Part shown: piece after piece, positions 26,701-41,700 of the stretch
How positions within the stretch are numbered: position 1 is the stretch's first letter
Layout of the letters: each line of letters opens with the position of its first letter
Source: Octopus sinensis
Lineage: Eukaryota
NCBI RefSeq assembly: GCF_006345805.1
Contig: NC_043015.1
Location: 35,092,001 to 35,156,000, forward strand
Direction: 5' to 3'
DNA length: 64,000 nt
Made by a program: the position numbers and the translations under genes
Notes under the pieces: generated by a model
What the model saw: only the letters and a program-made list of their open reading frames with translations
What the model was told of the DNA's origin: nothing
The model's database searches: none

Positions 26701-29700
26701 TTTGTTACCAAATGATCACTGAAACCTTCTTTACAGGTGCCCAATGCCATCTCTCCTGCCTATGTCCGCTCCTGCACCCTTCTCCCAGTTCTCAGGGTTG
26801 GCACTGTTAATGTAGGCATATTGAAAGGTGGGTTTAGCAAGATTGTCGAGATGCTTGAACAGAGGCATGTTGATGCACGCTGTATCCAAGAGGTAAGGTG
26901 GAGCTTCACTTCAGCCACGTTTCTCACAGGCAAGACACTTCAGTATAAAATCTGGGAAGGTCACAGTGATGGGGTAGGTGGTGTCGGTATACTTCTTGCA
27001 GAGAAATGGGTGGATAAAGTTATAGATGCTAGGCAGAGTGAGCGATAGAGTGCTTAAGCTCAAGCTAGTCTTGCAGGATAGCATAGCATCAATTATCTCT
27101 GCCTATGCCCCTCAAGCAGGCCTATCAATTGCTCAGAGGGACCATTGTTATGATATTCTTCTGCAGCTACCTTTAAGATGAATGACAAGGATATCATCTT
27201 CATGGCTGGGGATTTCAATGGGAATGTCAGACAGCAGCCCCGTATTTCCCATGGGGTACATGGGAGCCATAGAATTGGTTCCCAAAATGAAGAAGGAACA
27301 AAGTTGCTGGAGTTTTGTGATGCAAATAACCTATTGATCTGCAACACCAGCTTCAGGAAGCTGACCAGCCCCCTGATAACCTACCAACCAGATGGCTACA
27401 CCAGCCAGATCAATTATATTCTCACCAGGCAGCAGGATGCATGGTTGCTCCTAAATACGAAAAACCTTCCTGGTGAAGAATGGATCCTCAGCATAGACTA
27501 GTCATTAGTGACCTTTAGACTCTGGCCAGAAGGATGCCAAGAAGCAGACCAATTTGGAAAAGAAGGATTTGAAAGATTAAAGACCCTTTATATGGGTAGA
27601 GATTTAGGGACATCCTACATGAGAAATTTGATGAGAGCAAGAAGTGTTATAGAGTTGTAACATAGAGGGCAACTGGGAATTCCTGCAGGACAGCTTGCTG
27701 AATGCCACAGACCAAATCTTCGGATGGTGCAAAGTCCCAACCAGACCTAGGGTTACATAGTGGTAGAATGTTGCTGTAGACAGGGCCATTAGAGCAAAGA
27801 AACAAGTCTGGAAGACCTGGAAGAGTAGGGGTAGCAGGGAGCTATATCAGATAGCCAGAAAAGCTAGGAGACAGGTATATCTAGCCAAAGGAGAAGCATA
27901 AAAGAGTAAGTCTGCCAATGTTTAGTGATGTGAGGACCAAAGAATTGAAGTGTTCCGGATTGCAAGACAGTGTGTGAGAGAAAATTGTGATGTGTCCGCA
28001 TGGATGATGGTGCACTTTCATTTAGTGATTCTGCAACAAAAGAGGCTTGGAGATGCCATTATGAAAGACTGCTGAATGTGGAGAACGAATGGGAGGAGGA
28101 GAGTCTGTCAAATGTTGAACCAATTGAGGGACTTCCTACCCGAAATGACAGTACCTTAGTAGATAAAGCAATTAAGGACCCCAGTCCTTCAGGAATCACC
28201 ACTGAGATGCTTAAAATATCTAGCGGTGTAAGTTATGGTTTTGTCACCCGTATTGTAAATCAGGTGATCCACAAAGGAGTCATACCCACCCAATAACTGG
28301 TGTAGCACACCATAGTCAAGTACTAAAAAGGTAAAGGTGATGCTTTGGATAGAAATAATTATAGAGGTATCAGATTGTTGGATCAGGTGATGGAAATTAT
28401 GGAGAGAGTCATAGCCCAATTAATTAGAGAGAGAATTAGTGTAGATGAGATGCAGTTTGGTTTTGTGCCAGATAGAAGCACCACTGATGCTAAATTTCTG
28501 GTAAGGCAGTTGCAGGGGAAATATATAGCCACAAATAAACCTCTGAACTTTGCTTTTGTTGACTTGGAGAAAGCTTTCGACAGAGTCCCCTGGTCCCTTA
28601 TCTGGTGGTCAATGCAGAAACTAGAGATAGACAAGTGGTTAGTGAGAGCTGTACAAGTCATTTACAGAAATGCTACCAGTAAGGTGAGGATTGGCAACGA
28701 GTACTGCAAAGAGTTCAGGGTACAAGTAGGGGTTCATGAAAGATTGGTCTAAGCTCCCTCTTGTTTATCATAGTCTTCCAGACAATAACAGAGAAATTCA
28801 AGACAGGCTGCCCCTAGGAGCTCCTCTATGCTGATGACCTTGTTCTGATAGCTGAATCACTACCAGAACTAGAGAAGTTCCAGGTATGGAAGAAAGGTCT
28901 AGAATCAAAGGACCTTAGAGTTAACCTAGCAAAAACCAAAATCTTATTAAGTTGGAAGGTAGGCAAATCACAAGTCCCTTCAAATAGGTGGCCCTGCTTC
29001 ATTTGTAGAAAATGTTTAAGTAGAAACTCCATAAGATGCACCCAGTGTAAGCTTTGAACACATAAAAGGTGAAGTAATATCAGAGGGAAGTTAACAGGGA
29101 AAATAGTTTTTGTGTGTGACAGATGCACATGTACGATAAATACCAAATATGTGCAGAAAATAGACTCCATCAACTGCTATGGGGGTAAGCTAGAAGTAGT
29201 AGATAGCTTCCGTTACCTAGGTGATCAAGTTAGGAGTGGAGGTGGATGCTCCGAGAGCATAGCTGTCAGAATAAGATTAGGCTGGGCAAAGTTTAGAGAG
29301 CTCCTGTCTCTGCTAGCAACAAAGGGCCTCTCTCTCAGAGTGAAAGGTAGATTGTATGATGCCTGTTTGTAAACAGCTAAGCTACATGGCAGTGAAATAT
29401 GGGCTGTGACAGTTAAGGACATGTGTAGGCTTGAAAGAAATGAAGCCAGCATGCTTCAATGTCAGTGTGTATGTTCAACAGAGTGTAAGCATCTTGAGAG
29501 AAAAGTTAGGTGTAAGAGGCATCAGATGTGTAAGAGAGACGAATATGTTGATATGGTGATATGATGCTTATGGATGAGGGCAGCAGTGTAAAGAAGTACC
29601 GATCCCTAACTGTGGTAGAGGTAGATCCAGGAAAACATGGGAGTGAGCAACATGGACAATGGACGTTATATGATGATGATGATGATGATGATGATTAAGG

Positions 29701-32700
29701 GACTTGATAGAAGATGCAAAAACTGTATTTAGATGGATAGAGTTTTAGCTATGTGTTAGTTGCCCCCCAAAAAAGCAAGCATCAAATATACCTGAGTTAG
29801 TATAAATGTAGGCATTTATAAGTTATAAATTAAAGATTAAGTAGTGATAAATTTTTTTTAAGTTCAAGAGGTATGGGAGACAACTCTGGACACGTGTCAG
29901 TCTTATTCAGCACTGAAGTATATGAATGAAAGAAAAGAAAAGATGATGTCATGTGTGAGATGTGAGTTATAACATGGAGCAATGAAAAAATAAGAGAAAA
30001 GAGAGAAATACTGGAAAGAATGGAAATGAGAATGGATTAATCAATGAATATTGCTGTAATAGAAAATAAAACAATAGTTGAGGATAAAGGGGATAAAGGC
30101 AGGAAGAAATTTAGCAAACAAAAATGGAATGATATTATTGGACCATATGAAATGAAAATGAAAGAAGAAGTAATGGAGATAAATGTGGAAGGAAGCAGGG
30201 AAAGAGGAAAACGGTGAAAGAAGGAAATGAGAGTAAAGGGGTTTGTGGCAATGGATAGATTTAGAAGATAGGACAAAATGGAAAAAATTGTCAGAGTCTA
30301 AGACAGATTTCCCTCTATTAAATATTAAATTAAATCTAAGTTAGCTATAGTATTTCATGCAGATGACATCTCAGAGTTTGCAATATTTAAGTCTTAGAAC
30401 TTGGAGCAGAAGTGAAAGCTCAGCAGTACACCGTGAGAAGTTAATGTTAGATGTGGGTGACTGAAGAATATAGAATGCTGGCATCTATTAGAAAAATGTA
30501 TTTAAAGGTAAAAGCAAAATAAAAGAAAAATCATTTATGCAGAAAAATAACAGTTTAAAATAGAAAAGTGGGCAATGAGGTAAATCCAAGTTGTAAAGGT
30601 GATTAGATAGTGTAACCTATTTGGAATTAGTCCAGCTATGGGAAAGTAAAAACAAAAAAAAAACAGTAAAGTAAATGTTAAATTTTGGAAGTCATTGAGA
30701 ACAATGATAAGGGAGGGGTGGATTTCAAGATAGTTTCATTACAAGTTAACGGATATCAAATTGCTGTTGATGGCTGGAAAATTTTGGAGGGTATTAAAAG
30801 CAAAAAAACAAAGATTTTCATCAAGGGTTACTGTAAGTTAAGGAAAGTATATTTAATATCAGCTGGTCTGGCATTCCATTTCTTAAAGCAACACCTGTAT
30901 TTTCAAGCAATGTTTACCAAAAATTGAATATACCTTGTCAGGTTCGATAAGTTCTATCAATCTTTCAAGTGATGGCATCCAACTGGGAGCCAAATGGCAG
31001 TTTTGAAAGAAAACCCATTTGCCCCTCTCTTGAGCAGCACGCATCATGGCTTCAGCCCGTGGACCCTTTGAAAATATGAAATATACTCAAAGTTTTATAT
31101 TTAAAGCTATTGAACATATTTATTGAGCTTATTTGTAATTTTGACATAAGGCTTCTATTTCACAGTCAATAAGAATTTGCATTTTCTGTTTCCTCATAAG
31201 TTTCTTTCAGAAACATTTTTTCACGCTGAGAGTTGCTGAAGCATGGAACAAACTGCCAGCATCAGCTGTTAGCTGTTGGAGCACTGCATCCTTCAAAACT
31301 TCCATGCTTTCTGAGATTCGCCAACACTACACCTGATTTTCTCCCCTCCATACACACGTAAGCATGTATCTGACTCATACACTCTTCACTTTCCAGACAT
31401 TTGTACATTACTCTACATATGCTTTATATGTACTTTTGACAAGTTGTGCTGCACTTGAGCACTGTATACAATCATTTCATTATTATTATTATTATTATTA
31501 TTAATGACTTAAATACATGGATTTCAAATAGAGGTGGGAACTAAACCTGATCTTGACATTAACTGTGTTACTTATCTAAACATATTGGATCAAACATATA
31601 ATTCATTGAATGAGACATACAACTGGACATTGACCCCCCCCCCCCCCACACACACACACAGACATATATTCACTGGTTTAAGACACTCACTACCGTTAAG
31701 TGAGAACCATATATTCACCAGTCTGTAAAAATCATTTTTGCTGCCAATGAGATCCAGATATTTATTGGTCAGTCAGAGACACATATTTGTAGGCCAAACA
31801 AACTGACCATTGGTCAGATAAGATTACTACTGGTATCATGAGTAACACAGAGATCCAATGGCATGGTATCACAGTGACCCATTGACACACTGACATAATC
31901 ATTTGGTCAGTGAGATCAACCACTGGTCAGTGAGACCAACTACTAGTCAGTCAAATAGTATATTAAAAAACTACTATTTTACCTGGCCTTGGCCAAGTGA
32001 AATGGCTGACATTTTTCGTGAAAATTTCATTTCTTCAGCAAATTTGTAAAGATCTGCTGCTGGATCTGTTCCTTGAGACAAAACAAAGATCAGGGGAGTT
32101 GTTGGAGAAGAATCCTTATAAACCACACCTAAATCGGATGTCTGAAATATATTACAAATTCATTAATAAAGATAAATATTAGAGCAAATTATTTTATGAA
32201 AATTATGATTTTTACATGTCATGACATTGAAAACAAACTCTTATTTGTAATAATAATACAATTACTAGTCAAGCATACTAATCAAGTACAGTTTAAAATA
32301 TAAAACTTTAACCTTTTCAATACCGTATTTATTTTGAGATGCTCTGTATTTCTTTCAATTATTTTAAATGTAACAAAGAATTTATTTAAATAACTTAGTT
32401 ATTATTAAGCTAGTGTTAGGAACATAAATTGTGACTAAGGTTTGGTGAAAGATTTTAATTCAAAACTTATGAAAACAAGACATTTGTACTAGAGAGCCAG
32501 AGGCGGTTTTAGCCGGGTTGGTAACGAAAGGGTTAAAAGAAGTTATTACCAATAGTTATGAGTAGACTAATAGGAAAACATGGTTAGAAGCTAAAAATAC
32601 AAACCTGAGGTTCAATAAACATCTGGCCAAGGTTGTTAGCTACAAAGTCTTGCATGGCATTTGTTACTTTGTCTGAGCGAAGACATTTCAGAATCAATAT

Positions 32701-35700
32701 CTTCTGGAAACTATCCAGTTTTGATTCCCATTCTTCTGGAAGTTCTTCTCTGCACAACAGAATAAAATTACGATTGAGAAAGATAACAAAAAATCCCCTT
32801 CTTCACAATCAGGTTTCCTTCTCTCACTTGTGTACTAATACAAAAGGAATGTATGTTTTTACGGGCCTAACAACTAGATATCTATTAATTATTAGAAAAC
32901 CATTAAGCATGATGGTAATAATATGATAGAGCTCCATAAGAGGGACCAATGTATACATCAACCGAATACTTATTGAATAAGTTACTGTGACTTGGTGACA
33001 CAATAACATGGTGTCATGAGTGACACAGAGATCCAATGGCACGATATCACAGTGACCTATTGACACACTGACATAATCATTTGGTCAAACAGTGGCACAG
33101 TGACATAGAATATGTTGAATATACAAAATAATCTGGTGATACAAAACATCACAACACATTACACAGAACTTGTTAGAATAGGCAGATAGGAAGCCATTTT
33201 CAATTAAGTGTAGTCTAATAAAGACAATTTTATGAAATATGTAATTATATAACCATGAAACTAAAAAAAAGTATGATTATTATGTAATGCTACCTCATAA
33301 TAGGGGGTTACAAAAAAAACATATTTTTAATACCAAAACCCAGTCTTCTTCCAGAAAGATGCATTGAAAACTACACGTTTCTCATTCTGGTATTTGTGTC
33401 ACATCAAAAATAGCTAACAAATGTGAATATGTTATAATAATTCAGTTGCAATATATAAAAATTCTCTTGAGATGATAATTTTTCTTTTATTAATTTCCCA
33501 ACTGTAAAATACACAACACAACTAACAATGGATATTCTAGATATTCACCAAAGAACTTATATCTTATACAATCAATAAACAACACTACGCAATAACTACA
33601 CACAAACCTCTCCTAGTTCTTGCCATCAACTTACAGCGACATATTTAGTGAGGACACAGTTAACCAGACTAATTTCACCACTCTCACCCACCTTTTGCAA
33701 AATTTTATCCAACAGGAGTTGATCCTTGGTATGACTGTGACTATTCCAGTCAATGATTTCCACATAAGTAGCCAACAAGGAGACGGAGGTGCATACATAT
33801 ACAACCACATGCTCGCACACACATACATAGAAAATACACAAACATGGACAGGCAAGCACATAAATATGCAGGATACATACATACATATGCATACACATAC
33901 ATATATACATACACATGCAAACACACACACACATACATACGTACATGTATAGGCACACACACACACACACTGACCCACACACATGTGCACAAACAAACAA
34001 AAGGGAACGCAGTGTAAATAACGGACAGAGTCAAGACTATTGAAAAGGTTGCAAGATGCAACAAAAAATTTTAGAAAATAAAAATAAGAAATAAGTGGAA
34101 ATTTTATCGGTGAGTGTGTTAAATAATAAGGCACAAAAAGAAAATGACTCTCCCCAGACACAACAGAATATGTTTCAACACACGAACTCATATAAAGAAT
34201 CTTGCAAACCAAATCTAAAAACGAAATATATATTTATATTATCGACATATATATTTATATGACTTTTATCTACACATGATATACATTGTATATATATATA
34301 ACAGACTTCTGCATCATCTGTCAACACATTATATATTGTCTACACACCATTTGTTTCTGCTTCCTGACTACACACTCTATATACATTTATCTTCATTCCT
34401 TCTCAGTCCTGAAACTAAACAGTGCATATTGTAGAAGGAAATTTCAAAAAATAGGATTTACCTATGAGGTTCAGAACTATCAAATATCCTCTTAAAGTCA
34501 TCAAGATACTTCTGAAAGTCAACAGCTATATTTCCGAAATTTGGTAAAATATTTAAGCACAGAATGTCATTCCATGACCTCTCAGTCAACCATTCTGGAG
34601 CAGGATTTTCTAACTCTAATTCTTTATGAGTGCCACCAGCCAGCAAATTATGCCATTCGCTCTACAAACAAAAACCGAAAAAGAGAATTAAAAAAATATA
34701 TTTCATTTCTTTTTAATGAAAGCAGTAAAAGTAATGTGCAATTACTAAGAGACTTACCATATCAATCAAAGAGTCATTCATTTTAATCTTGGTACACACC
34801 AGAAATGCAAAAAGAAGTTTATGCTTCTCAAAAAGACTTCGGCACACATTGGTATAGAGAGAGTATGTAAAGTACTTATTGATGTTTTCAACTCTCATGG
34901 GTATATTATCTGTAGAATGTGGAAAATAAAGATTTATTCAAACCAATATGTATATCAGTTTTCTTTTCTAACACAACATATCACTCCTGGACAGGAATCG
35001 AAACCACAACCTCACAATCAAACATCCTAACCACTGAGCCATGTTTCTCCACACATAATCTGGTGATGAATGTATGGTCAGACTAGAAAATGAAAGATTG
35101 CGATTGAAATTATGGATATTCCAAGAAAAGGTAGAACAGGATGGAAGGTAAGATAATAATGAACATACCTGCTTTTTCAGCTTGTTCAATGCCAAAGAGG
35201 AAAATATTGATGAACCATTCCAGAGAATACTGATACATGGGATCAATGTTTGCTAAATCAGCAACACAGAAAAACATAATCCGTGTATTGACGGCCACGG
35301 GGATATATTGGCCACGGGTTTCATCTATGTCCTTCTCTGTCTGTTCAGCTATGGTTACTTTGGCCTGAATCAAAGACAAATTGATGTCTATAAATGATAT
35401 TCTAAAGTTTTATGTGATAAGGAAATTGGAAACAGAAATCATAAGTTTTGCCTATAACAGTTGAAAGTTAAACTCTAAAACTATTGTTTGTTTATTAATA
35501 ACAAGACCTCTTGTAGGAATGTTTCTTCATCAATATTTTTTTCAACAAGTTAATCAGATGTGACGTAGTAGTGATCACATCATTTGCTGGCCATCCAATA
35601 TCAGGATGAAATTAATACAATTGATGATCAGTTCAAACATATGTAGGTTGATATCCATAAGATGGAAAAAAAAAAAAAGGAAAAAAAAAAACATAGAAGT

Positions 35701-38700
35701 CGTAAGATTTCCAAAGAGCTTTGGTTGTAGGGGGAAATGATTGAGTGGAGAAAGACAAGAGATTTTAGAAGATGAGATATAGTAAGCAGGTCACGGTTTG
35801 CATGCATGGTGTGGTGTGGATGAGCAGTTGGATGGTTGAAAGAAGTAGAGGCTGTTGTAGTAATGATATGTAAGCAGGAGGAAGAAAGAAAGAAAGAAAG
35901 AAAGAAGGAAGGAAAGAAAAGAAAAGGAAGGAAGAAAGAAAAGAAAGGAAGGAAGGAAGGAAGAAAAGAAAGAAAGAAAAGAAAGAAAGAGAAGAAAGAA
36001 AAGAGAAGAAAGAAAAGAAGGAAAGAAAAGAAAAGAAAGAAAGAAAAGAGAAGAAAGAAAAGAAAGAAAAGAAAAAAGAGAAGAAAAGAAAGAAAGAAAA
36101 GAAGAAAAGAAAGAAAGAAAAGAGAAGAAAGAAAGAAAAGAAAAGAAGAAAGAAAAGAAAGAGAAAAAGGAAGAAAGAAAGAAAAAAGAAAGAAAGAAAG
36201 AAAGAAAAGAAAGGAAGAAAGAAAAGAAAGAGAAAAAGGAAGAAAGAAAGAAAAAAAGAAAGAAAGAAAGAAAAGAAAGGAACAAAGAAAGAAAAGAAGA
36301 AAAGAAAGAAAAAAAAGAAAAAAAGAAAGAAAGAAAGAAAAAAAGAAAAGAAAGAATGAAAAAGAATAGAAAGAAAAAAGAAAGAAAGAGAAAGAAAGAA
36401 AAAGAAAGAAAGAAAAGAAGAAAAGAAAGAAGGAAAGGAAGAAAGAAAAGAAGAAAAAAGGAAGGAAGGAAAGAAAGAAAGAGGATAGCACATGGCTCTC
36501 TAAAAGAATCATTGAGATGCAGCTTTGGCAAAGTTCTGTCTGAAATATTGCTACGAGAGACCATCAGGCACTAAGCCATACGAGTAATTAGTGAGGAGAG
36601 GATAACGAGTCAAGATAACGAAGGAAGTGAACAAACTTAGTCCATGAGTTTTGTGGTTTTTAAAGTGAGAGAAACTGGGTGAGAGATGTTGCTCTGATGG
36701 AGCAGAGATAGGTTAGCAAGTTTCCAAAGACTGCAACAGACAAGTAAAGAGTGACGAATTGGGTGAGGCCAGGAGCCAAGTTATGGTATTTGGTTGAATG
36801 AAGAATATCAAAGAATGACTTTGGTTACCAACATTCCTGTTTCAGATGAAGAGAGGAGAAAAACAGATTCTTGGGGGACTTGGAATAAAGATGGTGGAAT
36901 TCTCATCAGTTAACTGATTTGAAGCACTAGAAGATTTCTGGGGATGACTTTTACTGTGAATTAGAGGGATATGGGACATGTTACCTTGATTAACCTTAAT
37001 CAGATAATTCAATAGGTGCAGAGAAGATGATAGCTTGTAAAAGCTAGGTTTCAAGGAGAGAAATAAGTGAAGGGTGCCAGTTAGGAATAGAGGTAGGTGT
37101 AGATACTATTTGGTGCAGACAATTTAAAATGGTAAATGATTCTGGCCTTTATGCCAGCAGTATTGCTGTGGGAGAAGCTGTTTACATTGAAGTCACTGAG
37201 AATGAGGACTTGAGACAGAAATGAAGAAAAAGATAAATAAACGTCTTTAATACCAAAACAAGATAAACAGGTGAGACTACCGATAGATAACAAAACACAG
37301 GTGTATGAATATACTTCGGTAAAATGGATTTCAAATAATTATGTAAACATTTATTTCATGAAGATTTCAAGTTAAAGGTTGAATATTCTGCCACAGAATA
37401 AGATTTTTACATTATAATTTTCATCTGTATACTCTCACTACATTGAATTTGGCAAATCCCTATATTGTTGTATTTCGGAATGGTCATTTTGCCAGTTTAG
37501 CCAACATATCTTTATGTGTTTCATTGTTTCTTATAAAGTAGCACATTTTATCTTTTGTGTACAGATGAAAGCATGTACACAAAAGAAACTTTATTGTGGG
37601 TGTAGTTTTGATATAATCCATCAGAATTTGACAATGTTATCTATGTGGTGGATGAAATGGCAGAAAAATAGAATGAACATAAAGTTTAGCTTTCTATTCA
37701 GACTTCAATGAAAGCTACTTCAACAGAAACTTCATTTATTTATGAGGATTCAACCTAATTTCCACATGCTATAACAGGAAAAACATTCTAAATCATAATA
37801 ATATTGCTTATATTGAAAGATTAGAAAAACTATTGGATTGGTAAGAACAGGAGCATTAGTTTACTTAAATTGAGGTGAAATGCAATTCAGTATTTGCACA
37901 GATATGGAATTACAACCGTGTTTCGTGGTCTGCTACCACAACAGCACCTTTATAGGATCCAGTTAGCTTCATGTCAAATTTTAGTTTACAAAACACAAAA
38001 CAATAATCGAGTTTAAAACATTATGGAACCATAAAATGAATACCTTTATCTCCTCAGATTTGATTTTGGATGCCTCTAATGTACTTATAAGGTCAAAATC
38101 ATCTACAGGGTTTCCTTCTGAAGAACTGAGTCTGTTCAAAATTTTGTCTTCAATCTCTTTCAGTTCTTGCTTCATCTTAGCATTGCTGACAATCAGTTGA
38201 TTTTTAGCTTCTTCTAAATCTGGTCGTTCTTCTGCAACAACGATCCCAAGTAACTGATCTTCAAGGCCACTGTTTAAAGTATATTTTTGCATAAAATATA
38301 TACAACTGAATAAACAAATTAGAGAAAAAGTATTCAATACTTAATATAGTAGAGATTATTCATTCAAAGATGATAATTCACTCCGTCACTACTTTGAGTT
38401 TCTTTCCATATATCTTGATGTCTATGAATGCAAGCATGTTGAAATAGACATGAAAATGGGTAAGTGATGTAGATATATATCATTTATCTACATCTGGACC
38501 TTTCATTATTTTGTACCTACAAAGTATCTTGTTGTTACACCTCTAATCTATTCAGTACTCACTTATCTCCCCAATAGCTCATCTCCTATTCACTATACTA
38601 TATAATGTGTGAACGACTAGTGACACTCCATCAGTTTATAACTTGGAATGGAAACAAAATGTAAATCTTAAAACTTTTGAAGCATGTTATGTCACTTGAT

Positions 38701-41700
38701 GAGGCTTTCTGCCCTGTGCATTGCATCTGATGTCAGCACATCATCATTCCACAGCCACTAGGGAAGAGTAGAGAAGGAAGCTGAAAAGATTTCTGTGCCA
38801 AATAAAGCTTCTAGTTATTCTCCATCTTCGTTATCAATCATTTTATATATACACAACGTGTACCTAGAAATTCTTGACGTAAATCCAGCAACGAAAGCGA
38901 AGTACCACAGATAACAGCTGGTAGCCAGAAGTAGTGAATGTACTCTGCAAGTACACTGCCTGGGACTTACCCAAAACAAGGTTTGGATACAACATCTTAA
39001 TGTCTCTTTTCTAAGCTTCAATCGTTAATTTCAAATTTAGCTTTATGCACACACACACACACTCATATACAAACATATCAGGTCATTACGAATGAAATGT
39101 CTGATTTTGAACTGAAACTCTAAAAGCAACGCTGTTAAAGTATGCACCTAAATTATCCACACAATTTTACCATTTTATTGATAGCTTATTTATGCTGGCA
39201 GCAAAGAATTCTGGAGAGCAAGAGGTGATGAATTCACGAAAGGATGTTTTCACATCTTCTTCAGACTTGAGGTTTTTTCCTTGCAAAAAGTTATCTTATG
39301 TCTGGAAAACATCATAATCCTTTGGTGCAAGGTCTGGTGAATATGGTGGATGACAGAGTACTTCCAAGTTCAGTTCCTGAAACTTGAGTAGTGTTGTTTG
39401 TGCAACATGTGGTCGAGCATTGTTTTGTAAGAGAATTTGCATATCTCTATTGACCAGTCTTGGTTGTTTAATTACAAGTTCACTCATCATTTCGTCCAAT
39501 TGGTTGATGTATACATCCACTGTTATTGACTTACCAGGTCTCATGAAGCTGTAGTGGATGACACCAGCATTGGACCACCAAACAGACACCATTAGCTTTT
39601 CTTGGTGAATATTCTATTTTCGATTGTGTTTTGGCACTTCATCTCTATCCAACCACCATGCAGAACACTTGGTATTATTGAAAAGAATCCATCTTATATC
39701 ACACATAACAATATGATGCAAAAATGGTTCACTTTTATGCTGTGACAGCAAAAAACAGCAATTTTCAAGATAATGAATCAGTTGATGCTTGCTCAGTTCG
39801 TGTGGTACTCACTTGTCCAGCTCCTTTGCCTTGCCGATTTGTTTCAGATGGTCCAATACAGTTGGAATTGAAACATCAAACTTTGCTGCTAACTCATGCA
39901 TAGTATAAGATGTTTCCAGCTCATCATTATCCACCTTGGTCTCAGGTCTACCGTGGGGCTGATTTTTAAGAGTAAAGTCACCAGACCAGAACTTCTCAAA
40001 CCATCAACGTACAGTGCACTCATTCACTAATTCTTCACCAAACACCTCATTGATGTTTTGAACTGTCTGGGATGCATTGGTTCCATGATGGAATTTATAT
40101 TCATAAACAACAGAAATTTTTTATCTATCCATGGGTTCATAAAAATTGATTTACAAGAGAAAACTCACAATATAATCAGATACGATGATTTGCATTTTGA
40201 AAAATAATGAGGTAACTCTTCAATGTTGTAAAACAAAGAATTGTCAGGATAAAATATTGGAGTTTTAAGATTAGAGTTTTAATATTTGAGACTGTCAAAC
40301 TTGGTGCATAAGAAAATTGGACATTTCATCTTTAATAACTTCACACATACATACATACATGATGGCTGCCTCCTCGTTATTGAGTATGGCCATTGCAAGA
40401 AGCTTTACTGTTACTGGTGCTGTGATCGAATGTGACTTTTTAGCCCAGCTAAAGATCTACAATGTCTTGTACAGAATTGGCAGCTAAAACCTTTACCGGT
40501 AGTTGCCAGCTGTAGTTGTAACTGGGCTTCATGTACCTTTGCATGTCATTTAAGTCCTCCTGCCAAATTACACTCTCTTCCACATGCCCGACAGATATGA
40601 TTAGTATGGTGTGTTACACCACCACCAGTTGCCAGGTTGTCACTCATCTGTCTCGCTTTCTGACTACGAAGATGACTCATGAGTCCAGCTTTACTGGGGC
40701 AGGGTCTTGCACAGACATTGCATGTCAGCATCATAGGAAGACCCTTCCCATCTGGAAGTGTAACAGCGATGCCCTTCTCGACATCCCCCCCTTACTTTCT
40801 CATGCGCAACTCGAGATTTCTCAAAAGTAGCTGCCCCCTCGTGCACAATCCTTCTTCACCTGCTACAATCAATAGCTATGCCCTCCCATGTGTCAGGAGA
40901 GATGCAAGCGTCTCTTAAGGAAGCCTTCAGCAAGTCCTTATACCTCTTTTTTGGTTTACATACATACACACATATAACGCATCTTTTCTTAAGATAAGAT
41001 GCACCCTGAGAAACATCTAACTGCACTTTCTAACAGGTTACATGATGATGTAGTCTCTATTGCTGCCCCCCCCCCCATATTTTTCTACTCTCATCAACCA
41101 GTGAAATTTGATGTGAACAGGAATAACATGAACTTCACTGGGATGGGAGTACCTACAAATGTTGTGGGCACCTGCTTCAACTGTGTGTGTGTGTGTGTGC
41201 ACATGCACCAAGCATAAACATTAAAATAGTCAAATGATTTCAGTTACCTTGGTGATAAAGTAAAGTTAACTAAAGTCACTTTGGTTGAAATTTCAGGTGT
41301 GTAGTGAGGGTTTGGAAGTTTGGTTGTGATATAGAATTTAAAGTCTTCATGATACGGCACAACAGCATCTCCAAGTTTGATCACAAGGCTACCTTGTTGC
41401 CGATAAGTCTAAAGGAATAAAAAAAAAAGTACTTAATTCTTTATAATACATCAACACAAACAATGAAATAAGATAATATTGCGGCTTATGAAATGAGACC
41501 ATAACCTGTGGCCTATGCCAGGAGCGTAACCAGCCCGCTTATGCGTACCTTTCCCTTCTTTGGTCACTAAACTCTGCTTGCAAAAACCTGTTGAGGCAAG
41601 TGAAATCAAAATCAAATTCGACGACTGGCATCCATGCTAGCAGGGTGCAAGAGCACCAAACGAACACCATACGAGGGTGATCGTTGACAGAGTGGCTAAC

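Noticed and set aside
35628-36574. Long ORFs (177-294 aa) rich in K/E/R or F/S/L
   Set aside because: Translations of the GAAA purine tract, which lacks stop codons by composition.
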